A stretch of DNA of 64,000 nt. Origin: Octopus vulgaris (taxonomy: Eukaryota). Below, piece by piece: positions 53,671-64,000 of this stretch. A program made the translations under genes and the position numbers. Position 1 is the stretch's first letter, and the number at the start of each line of letters is the position of its first letter. The stretch is from positions 68,882,001 to 68,946,000 of the forward strand of contig OX597814.1 in the NCBI GenBank assembly GCA_951406725.2. The letters are read 5' to 3'. The notes below the pieces were generated by a model that worked only from the letters and a program-made list of their open reading frames with translations, did not search any database and had not been told where the DNA came from.

Positions 53671-54676
53671 AATTTATATTATACTATAACTCTTTCACTA
53701 AAAGGTAATCTTTATATCCAACTTAACACCAAATACTGTTTAACTAGCCTTGAGGGAAACTCCTGGCATGCACTCCAACTGATAATTTCCAGTAGGATGA
53801 AATCATCTGATATAAGAGTTCTGGCACCCATGACATGATTCATGTCTACTGCAATCTATGAGTGTGATTTTAAGCACCAAGCACCTATATAAAAGGATCT
53901 CTCAAGGCTAATAATGCAGTATTCAATATTCCAACAAGACATTCATGTTACATTGGATATAAAGCTTACCTTATGTTATTAATACTGTTTCCATCACTAA
54001 TAAATAATCTATCAGTAACTTTCATGACCTGGCTCAGTAATTTGGTAATTTGACACTTCTGTCGTTGCTTCTATCCTTATAAAAATTTACTATAACATTA
54101 CATGGATAATGGAAAATGAAATTTAATAGTTGGAATGAAATAGTTATTTTTTTAACTGCTGAGAGCACTAGTAAATAAACAACCAGCAAAAAAAATAAGT
54201 AGTAATGAATAAATAAATATTATAACTTTCTCTTCCAGAGAAGTGTATGTCAATAAATATATGTTTATTATAATAAACTACTATTTACTGACATACGCTT
54301 CACTAGAAAAGATCACTCCTTCAGATGCATCATTCTTAATATATTTATTGCACAAGAGCATAGGAACATGAGTTACATGTATTACTCTGAATAATTGTTC
54401 AAATGAAATATCTTTTTTAATAAAGAAAAACTACTGGCACTATCATTATCACTACCACCATTAACACCAAAACTACAATGCTTCAACAAAGATAATGCCA
54501 GTATCACCACTACCATACTATTGGTGTTGCTATAATAGCCAGCATCACTACTATCTAAACCAATACCAAACCACTACGTTTATAACTATTATATCCCATT
54601 CCTCGCAATCCACTACCAAACCACCATAACTATCATCACTATCACATACACTATATACTGAGACAAACATACTTAC

Positions 54677-54955
54677 CTTTGTCAGGATGAACAGTGACTG
54701 TATCTCTCTGAGAGAAAATTCTTTTGTCATTAACTCCCGTATAAAAGCACGTCATAACAGCAAATGAAGTTTCAACAGTCTGAAGAATGGATTTTGAATG
54801 TATCTTAAGCCCAACAGTAAAGCTATTACCAAGAATTGCTTTCTTTAATTCAACAACTTCAAAGGAGACATCTTCTACTTCTCCATAGATCTCTTCATGT
54901 TCTGAACAGGTATTCCTGCATGCTTTTGCCACCACATGCCTTTCTTCCTGAGATC
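54677..54955 (-). CDS. Transglutaminase-like gene, internal exon (GS.EER motif and first C-terminal Ig-like barrel)
   Basis: (G)SQEERHVVAKAC...LGNSFTVGLKI...CFYTGV...VTVHPDK. AG/GTAAGT boundaries; phases fit both neighbouring exons. Confidence 0.92.
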
Positions 54956-55527
54956 CTATAAAAGAAAGCAGGAATATATTAAACATTACATATAATGATT
55001 TAGGATAAACAAAGAGTTTATCATCAGCATCAGCATCATTTTATGCTATTTTTTCATACTGCTGTGAGTTGGAAAATTCTTATAGCATCTCACTATTCAT
55101 TATTACTCTTCACAAGGAGGTGTGACCATTTTTCATTGCATATGTCTTCTATCTTGCTTGTTTTTACAGCTGGCCAGCTCTCCTATCAACAACCATTTTA
55201 TAGAGTAGACTAAATACATTTCATCATGCCACCAGCACTCGAGATGTTCTCTGCAGCAAAAAATAAATGGCCTCTATTTTCCTGTGTCTTTTATCACTTT
55301 CAATTGTGCCTTCCTTCTTTTGTAGGTCATAAAATTGTATATGATTGTGTCCCAATGAACCAAATGACATTTATAAATGGTGGCTGTTTCATAAAGTCCA
55401 GAGTAATGGAAATACAAAATCTTAGCAAAATTCAAATTCTCAATATCATAGCACTGAACTTGACCTGTTTAACTATCTATTTTGGTTCTTTATTATCTCC
55501 TTCAATCTATAAAATACAGAGACAATG

Positions 55528-55567
<40 letters not shown>

Positions 55568-56707
55568 TTAATATCTATATTCCATGCTAGCATGGATAGG
55601 ACAGTAAATTTCTTGTATGATATTTTAAACTTTACAATGAGCCAAAAAGTTTTTAAAGTATGACTCATCCTGCTAGAAATAACAGTCAGCTGTCCCTCAA
55701 ATTACATCCTACGATTCTAGATGTCCATAAGATTAAAATACTTTTCATCACAGGCCTTATTCTGTAAGAGCTGATCTCTAGATAACAATAAGAACAAACC
55801 ATTAATTATCTTATTTATCTCTTGTTTTATATTACAATTAAAGAGTGTTTTTGTGGAATAATAACATTGTTCCACAATGTTGTTACAGTGACTGCACTTA
55901 TTGTACTCAGTTAAGCTAGGTTTCTTTGTCGTTGTCTAATAACAAAGTTCCTTCTAACCACCCATTCAATCTACTCATTGTGCATTTAATCTAGCCACTA
56001 AAAGTAATCATTGCAACGTTTTTGTTATTTAATTTTGAAGTGGAAAATTAGTTTCAACAAGGTTTTTTCTTTTATATATTTCTCAGTGTTTTCAGGTACA
56101 GCTTAGCTTCAAGATCAGGAATTCAAATACATATACCAGCTTGATTTAATATCAAATATTATCATCATATCACTAATATCATCATCATTATCATCATATC
56201 ACTAATATCATCATCATCATCATTGTCACTAACCATCACTATTTCATCATTGCTTTAATATTTGTTCTTTACATGTTGACATAGGTTGAACAGGACAACA
56301 AAAGAACCTTTCTTCATTGTTTTGTATCTTAGATAAAGTATTCTGAGGTCAGAGCAAACTACTTCACTCCCAACCATCCCTTTCTATATGACTGTCTTCC
56401 AACAACATCAATATATAGTTTTTCCTTCCCAGAATGGAAGCTATCATTCGTATATTTCATATCCATGCTAACATAGTCACCTCTCATAATTATGACACCT
56501 AAGCATTTATTTTTTCAAATGAGTTATAGAGATGTTGATGGGCCATAATAAATGCCTTGTCCCTTCATCTTCTATTTACAAATCCTTTACACTTCATTTT
56601 CCCCAAGTTGATAAAGTATTGGGCTTCAACTAAATAGTTGACTAAAGCCCTATCTTACAGAGCTTGGATTTGCATCTTGTCCAAAAATCATTATAATAGT
56701 ATCTTAC

Positions 56708-56837
56708 CTTCTTTATATTTATAGAGATGGGTGATGTCTTCCCGCTCCACACTTCCAACTGCTTTAGTACTAATAAACTTGCCAACAGCAGATTTGTCAA
56801 TATGAACAGACTTCACTTCTCCTGTTTTACTATTAAT
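56708..56837 (-). CDS. Transglutaminase-like gene, internal exon
   Basis: INSKTGEVKSVHIDKSAVGKFISTKAVGSVEREDITHLYKYKE(G) matches the conserved G..ISTKAVG...REDIT..YKY.EG motif. Phase 0 in, phase 1 out, GTAAGA donor. Confidence 0.93.
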
Positions 56838-57799
56838 CTTAATAAATGATATAAAGAACAACAGAAGTATATGAGAATGTGTATGCACATTTTTGCATGT
56901 TCAGAGTCTAATTTGAAGTATATATTAGCTGCTAGTAACTCTACAGAGAACCAGGTGTATTGTTTTATACAAGGGTAGTGTTCATACATCGTGAACACCT
57001 ACAATATATGTTGTACAATATAGATCATTATGAAGCAATAAACTTTACTCATAATAGATAGTGTGCAGATGACAATCACATAACCATTTTATATCCTTTC
57101 CTTCAAATTTTTATTATTCTATGATTAGCAAAGCAATCCCTTCTCTGCTGATGTACACCACCACTATCTATACCAAGTTTAATGCATTTGCTTTCCATTT
57201 TCTCATTTATGTACAGAGTTCACCGTCATACTCTTTAATGAAAAGATATTTTGCAGAATCCAGCAATGGTGTTTTCCCATTTTTTTGGAAACAGTTTTGC
57301 TAATAATTTTCTATAGTTACAATGTAGTTATCATAGATTTGTAGGAATTACAAAAGTTGTATATTGTGTATATTTAAAACCCATGGCAATTCTGCATTCA
57401 CAAATTCTAAACTTATCCATTTTACCCATCTTCTTCATTGTTGGTCATTGAAGATGGTAGTGGAAACAGTGGCCATGACAGTTTTGTCGTCATTATCATC
57501 ATCATCATCATCATCAATATTATCATCATTAACGTTTTTCTGTCATCTGCCTCATGCTGGCATAGCTTCAGTAGGTCAGAACAGCATATTTCATTTTCTA
57601 TGGCAACTTATCTTGTAAGGCACACAATACTCTGATCTCACCTCACAATTTCTTCCTGTTTTCATTGTTTCCCCTTCACCCCTTAGCAAATTTAATGTCT
57701 TTAAAGACAATATTGCATAACTCAGACCAAGCAATATCTTTTTACAAGATACACAATAGTGGATGCAAAAAGAAATCAAAATGTTATGTCTTTACTTAC

Positions 57800-57915
57800 C
57801 TTCCAGAATACTTTGTCACCATTAACCTCAGAAAAGATGAATGGAGTGTCATAATTAATGAACACATCACCCTCTTTAATGGCTTTCACTGGACATGGTC
57901 CACAGCGCATCAAGC
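57800..57915 (-). CDS. Transglutaminase-like gene, internal exon (first visible in window; end of catalytic core domain)
   Basis: Hand translation (G)[38 protein letters not shown] matches the transglutaminase CGP..V.AIK.G....YD..F.F.EVN.D motif. AG acceptor, GTAAGT donor, ends in phase 0. Confidence 0.93.
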
Positions 57916-58292
57916 CTATTTCATTATAATCAAAAATATACATTATTTACTTTGTTAATTCAGAATTATATGAAGGACCCTATACAGTCAAAATGCTACC
58001 AGACATCATTTGAAATTGGGCTTTCATAAAAGAAAACAATGATTCAATAATTCTCAATCATGGCTCGCTAAAAAAGTCTGGTTTGGACTTTAATGAACTG
58101 AAGGTGGGAATAAAAACATCATTGACCTGGAAAGTCAAAAACAAAAGACACTCTGTACAAAGGGATAATGAGCAAGAAGTATTCATGGCATGTATGGTAT
58201 GGTGAGGGGTGATGTAGGGGGGGAGTGACAGAGAAGAGGGATGGAAAGGACAGTGAGAAGGTTGCTAATATGCAAAGAAGTATATATATATA

Positions 58293-59136
58293 CTAGCAGA
58301 ATTGCCTGGCGTTGCTCGGGGCTAAATTGCTTGAAAGTACTGTTAATGATTGCACTGAATTATGATGATTATTCAGGCAAATATTGATATAAGTTTACGG
58401 TGGGAGATAAGGACTTAACGATCAAACGTGTGCCATTGCATTGTTTTGGGGGAACCAAATATTGATGAGCATTATAGGGGCACCAACTTTAAGTTTGAGA
58501 AAGTGTGGTGGTAGTCCGGGGTGCTCAAAGGAATTTAGTACCTCTATTGGATAGTTGATGACGTCCTCTGGGTCAGGAGTTGTATCGATAGACTGATATA
58601 CATAGACTTCCCCAGGAATGAGTTTTAGCATTTCATCATTAATATGGTAAACAGTTTTATTCCTCGGGGCCAGTATAGCCTTTTGGCCAATCCAATCCAT
58701 ATTCTGATAATTAGCTTGTAGATCTGGGAACACTGCATCTCTGAGATCAGAAGGCGTCTTAACAAAGGTACAAATGGAATCGATGGCAATATTACCAGTT
58801 TCATCCCTTGGTATTTTGCCTTCGCCAAATGCAAGGAGGGTGTGAGGAAATGCTGCTGATGTGATATTATGTCGCATATGAGCACGCATATTGGTGTGAA
58901 GTTTGAGAGTTACTTCCCTTTATTTAAAAAAATGCATTAAAATGGAAAAAAATGATGGTAAATTATTTGTAAAATCGTAGACTCATTGTAGACGCGCGCT
59001 AATACCCAGAAGGGCTCGATATGAATCACGACTATAAGATACCCGGTTTTGGTTAAACTGCATCGCAAAATGTGGGAGTAGTTAGGAATCTAAATCGGAG
59101 TAGACAGACACACAACCTTTCTTTTATATATAAAGA
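58293..59136 (-). mobile_element. Non-autonomous Helitron carrying a PIF1-like helicase fragment
   Basis: 5' TC at 59136, 3' hairpin GCCCGAGCAACGCCAGGC plus CTAG at 58293, inserted between A and T. Peptide NMR...AILAPRN...YPIEVLNS...GLPPHFLKLKVGAPIML. Confidence 0.9.
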
Positions 59137-59138
59137 TT

Positions 59139-59990
59139 TTCGTCCTAAAAAACTTTGTATGGATTGAATGGTTACCTCTATGGAAATATATACACGCACA
59201 TTATACATACATGTATGTATAGATGAATATATAAATACATTTAAGAATCTATATACACTTTTGGGCGATCTTTCTTTTTCTTAGAGATAACTTTAGATCT
59301 TATTTTCGTCCTAAAAAACTTTGTATGGAGTGAATGGTTACCTCTATGGAAATATATACACACACGTTATACATACATGTGTGCATAGATGAATATATAA
59401 ATACATTTATATATCTATATATACTTTTGGGCGATCTTTCTGCTACTTAGAGATAACTTTAGATCTTATATTCGTCCTAAATAACTTTGTATGGAGTGAA
59501 TGGTTACCTCTATGGAAATATATACACACACATTATACATACATCTGTGTATAGATGAATATATAAATACATTTAAATATCTATATACACTTTTGGGCGA
59601 TCTTTCTGCTACTTAGAGGTAACTTTAGATCTTATTTTCGTCCTAAATAACTTTGTATGGAGTGAATGGTTACCTCTATGGAAATAAATACACACACATT
59701 ATACATACATCTGTGTATAGATGAATATATAAATACATTTAAGAATCTATATACACTTTTGGGCGATCTTTCTGCTACTTAGAGATAACTTTAGATCTTA
59801 TATTCGTCCTAAATAACTTTGTATGGAGTGAATGGTTACCTCTATGGAAATATATACACACACATTATACATACATCTGTGTATAGATGAATATATAAAT
59901 ACATTTAAATATCTATATACACTTTTGGGCGATCTTTCTGCTACTTGGATATACTTTAGATCTTATATTCGTCCTAAAAAACTTTGTATG
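59139..59990. repeat. 166-bp tandem satellite, about 5.1 copies
   Basis: TTCGTCCTAAA at 59139, 59305, 59471, 59637, 59803 and 59968. Confidence 0.95.
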
Positions 59991-60399
59991 AATTGAAAAA
60001 GAAAAGGAATTGAAATTTTTAAGAAAGGAATTTGTTTACATACATGTGTGAAATGGCAAATGTTTGTGCAGTTGTCCGAAATGGAACCAGGGTAAATGTG
60101 TGGAACTGATGTATAATAATGAATAGTCTTCTTGTTGTGAATATTAATTTGATGAATATGAACTGAAAACCAGTGGTGTAGCATAGGTGATCTTCTTCTA
60201 GCAAAAAGGATGACCAGTCTGACTGGCTCATCCCTGTCACACACTCACACACACGCACACACACACACACACACAAACACGCACCCTCACACACACACAC
60301 ACGCACACACACACTCACACACACGCGCACACACACACACACACACACACGTTAGCTTACAATTTTATTTATATATTTGCGTGTCTATGTGTGTAAATA

Positions 60400-63300
60400 G
60401 GAAGTGGGAGTAAAGGCTTTGAAGGGAAAGAGTGAAATGGTAGTTTTCTCGAATTTTTTCTGAAATGGGGGTAAAATTGAAAGAAATTTTGTATGCCATG
60501 ACCGAATGGAAGTACTTTGAAAAATCATAGGTAAACTCTAATTGAAGAAATTGTGTGAGGAGTAAATCGTTATGTATTTATTTGTTTCTGTTTGCTGTGT
60601 TTTTTTTTTTGAGTAGTGGTTTAAGGTACACTTGCAAAGAGAAAGTATGAGAAATTATGGTGATAGCATGAGTGATCCGTTTTATATAAATACTTTCACT
60701 TTAATCGTTGCACACTTGCAAAGAGAAAGGAGGAGAAATGAGGGTGATAGCATGAGTGAAGCAGATCGCTCCGTTTTTGTGTGTGTGTGCTGTAGCCCAC
60801 ACTAAGAAAAGCACTTGACTTACACACCACAATGTGAGTTTTCTCGAAATTTTGCTTAATTGGAGTTGAAATTTGAAAAATTGTACCTGGCACGACCCGA
60901 TGCATTCTACTCTTAAAAATGCTAGGTAAATTGTAATTGAAGAAATCCTATATTGTAGATTTCTATAAGAGACAAAGGGAGGCAGATAAAATCTGCCTTT
61001 TATAATAAGACTAGCAGTATCGCCCGGCGTTGCTCGGGTTGTAAGGGAAATAACTATATAAGCATTTTTAGAGAGTTATAGCCAAAAAATAGCAAAAAAA
61101 TGCATTAAAAATTGAAAAAAAATTAAGGTAAATTTTTTTTTTAAATCGTTGACACATCGTAGATATTTTTAGAGAGTTACTTCCCTTATATAAAAGCGAA
61201 AAAAATGCATTAAAATGGAAAAATATGATGGTAAATTTTTTTTAAATCGTAGACTCATCGTAGACGCGCGCTAATACCCAGAAGGGCTCGATATGAATCA
61301 CGACTATAAGATACCCGCTTTTGGTTAAACTGCACGGCAAAATGTGGGAGTAGTTACGAATCTAAATCGAAGGGGACAGACACACAACTTCACTCTTATA
61401 TAAAGATGCTTTTTTTTCAGTCATAGAGTTAGATTTATGAAGGTCTTCAGTAGAAAATCCTTCGATTTCTGACTCGCTGCTTGATATAATGAAATTCGTA
61501 TCCATTTTTTGTCAGAATTACAAATTTTGAAAACACAATAGGAACAAATTTCGGAAAAAAATCTCCCATAATTCACGGAATTAAAATTACACTTCGATTT
61601 TTGTACAAAACTGTATTTGAAGTGTTTACGAAGTATAATACGTGTTTTCACGAATGTACTAAAGAGATTTACTCTGATATTCTCATTTAAATATGAATAG
61701 GTAAATTCGGGCGGTTTGGTAACGAAAGGGTTTATATAAGTGTCGTCTGTTTATACATAAACACTGTTTCATACTTTCAGTTTAGTCTTGCTCAAATCAC
61801 TCTGTCGCTAATTTACTCTCTTCCAAGAACATTTTCACTCACTGTTATCTGTTAGCTTCCCATACATTTTACTCATGTATCTATCAGCGTGATAGACAGA
61901 AACAAATATTACATTTACTTTCATTTTATTCGTCGCACACTGTGTGTGTGCGTTTGCGTGTGGTGTAAACCAGACTAAGAAAAGCATTTGACACACACAC
62001 CAGAATGTGAGTTTTCTGTAAATTTTGCTTAATTGGAGTTTAAATTTTAAAAACTGGACCTGGCATGACGCGATGCATTGTACTCTCAAAAATGCTAGGT
62101 AAATTGTAATTGAAGAAATCCTATATTGTAGATTTGTATAACTCCCAAAGGGAGGCAGATAAAATCTGCCTTTTATAATAAGACTAGCAGTATCGCCCGG
62201 CATTGCTCGGGTTGTAAGGGAAATAACTATATAAGCATTTTTAGAGAGTTATAGCCAAAAAATAGCAAAAAAATGCATTAAAAATTGAAAAAAAATTAAG
62301 GTAAATTTTTTTTTAAATCGTTGACACATCGTAGATATTTTTAGAGAGTTACTTCCCTTATATAAAAGCGAAAAAATGCATTAAATTGGAAAAATATGAT
62401 GGTAAATTTTTTTTAAATCCTAGACTCATCGTAGACGCACGCTAATACCCAGAAGGGCTCGATATGAATCACGACTATAAGATACCCGCTTTTGGTTAAA
62501 CTGCACCGCAAAATGTGGGAGTAGTTAGGAATCTAAATCGTAGGAGACAGACACACAACTTCACTCTTATATAAAGATGCTTTTTTTTTTTCAGTCATAG
62601 AGTTAGATTTATGAAGGTCTTCAGTAGAAAATCCTTCGAATTCTGACTCGCTGCTTGATATAATGAAATTCGTATCCATTTTTTGTCAGAATTACAAATT
62701 TTGAAAACACAATAGGAACAAATTTCGGAAAAAAATCTCCCATAATTCACGGAATTAAAATTACACTTCGATTTTTGTACAAAACTGTAGTTGAAGTGTT
62801 TACGAAGTATAATACGTGTTTTCACGAATGTACTAAAGAGATTTGCTCTGATATTCTCATTTAAATATGAATAGGTAAATTCGGGCGGCTTGGTAACTAT
62901 ATATAAGTGTCGTCTGTTTATACATAAACACTGTTTCATACTGCAATTATATATACATATATCTATATATAATATTATATAATAAAATATATACAGAGTA
63001 AAATAAAAACCAATTTACCTTTTCTGTCCGTCCGTGTGTCTTTGCAAATGTGTTGGAATGATAAGTGAGTTGAGTTTTGGCGCCTTTTTTTACTAATAAC
63101 AAACACACACGTGTTTGTATGTAGTTGTATGTATATGTAGTTGTATGTGTATGTAGTTGTATGTAGTTGTATATGTATGTGTATGCGTGTGTGTGAGGAA
63201 TGACACACACACACTCACGCACGCACACATGTACATCAATGCTTTCGGAGTGATATGTTAAAATATTGAGTTTTCTCGAATTTTGTCTTAATTGGTGGTA

Positions 63301-64000
63301 AAATTGAAAGAAATTTTTTATGGCATCACCCACTGAAGTACTCTGAAAAATCTTAGGTAAATTCTAATTGAAGAAATTGTGTGAGGATAAATTGTTATGT
63401 ATTTATTTGTTTCTGTTTGCTGTGTTTTTTTATTTTTTGAGTAGTGGTTTAAACACTTTCAGTTTAGTCTTCCTCAAATCACTCTGTCGCTATTTACTTT
63501 CATTTTATTCGTTGCACACTGTGTGTGTGCGTTTGCGTGTGGTGTAAACCAGACTAAGAAAAGCATTTGACACACACACCAGAATGTGAGTTTTCTGTAA
63601 ATTTTGCTTAATTGGAGTTTAAATTTTAAAAACTAGACCTGGCATGACGCGATGCATTGTACTCTCAAAAATGCTAGGTAAATTGTAATTGAAGAAATCC
63701 TATATTGCAGATTTCTATAAGAGACAAAGGGAGGCAGATAAAATCTGCCTTTTATAATAAGACTAGCAGTATCGCCCGGCGTTGCTCGGCGTTGTAAGGG
63801 AAATAACTATATAAGCATTTTGAGAGAGTTATAGTCAAAAAATAGCAAAAAAATGCATTAAAAATTTAAAAAAATAAGGTAAATTTTTTTTTTAAATCGT
63901 TGACACATCGTAGATATTTTTAGAGAGTTACTTCCCTTATATAAAAGCGAAAAAAATGCATTAAAATGGAAAAATATGATGGTAAATTTTTTTTAAATCG
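60400..64000 (-). mobile_element. Tandem array of non-autonomous Helitrons (short units 61011-61406, 62184-62577, 63763 to window end) interleaved with a second Helitron-like repeat
   Basis: Repeated 3' end CCCGAGCAACGCCGGGCGATACTGCTAG and 5' end TCTTTATATAAGAG. Periods of 1173 and 1579 bp. Shares sequence with 58910-59136. Confidence 0.88.

Noticed and set aside
59963-60348. ORFs as candidate upstream transglutaminase exons
   Set aside because: No transglutaminase motifs (WNFHVW, DATPQE, GQCWVF) and no compatible splice sites recognised.

Overview
AT-rich, repeat-dense animal genomic DNA. The microsatellite load and the SINE/LINE families look like an octopus (coleoid cephalopod) genome; this is an inference, not a database match. 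The only host gene I can support is the 3' half (6 coding exons, minus strand, 44.15-57.9 kb) of a transglutaminase. The rest is transposon material: two mariner relics, three CR1-group LINE pieces, a nearly intact Dong/R4 element in (TAA)n, a HERO-like RLE element, Tx1 and RTE fragments, Penelope-like elements, tRNA-derived SINEs, Helitron arrays and satellites. The most interesting signals are non-coding. (1) At least eight minimal type I hammerhead-ribozyme motifs from five sequence families, including a 474-nt direct repeat with two identical hammerheads (retrozyme/circRNA-like) and two inverted-repeat cassettes with a hammerhead in each arm. (2) A 2.1-kb ORF1-only (zinc-knuckle, no RT) element inserted with a 16-bp TSD into the tRNA-like head of a SINE. 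(3) A covarying 3' stem-loop shared by the SINE and the CR1-group LINE. (4) A higher-order satellite built from putative compact pseudoknots. All structures were paired by eye; none is experimentally or computationally verified.
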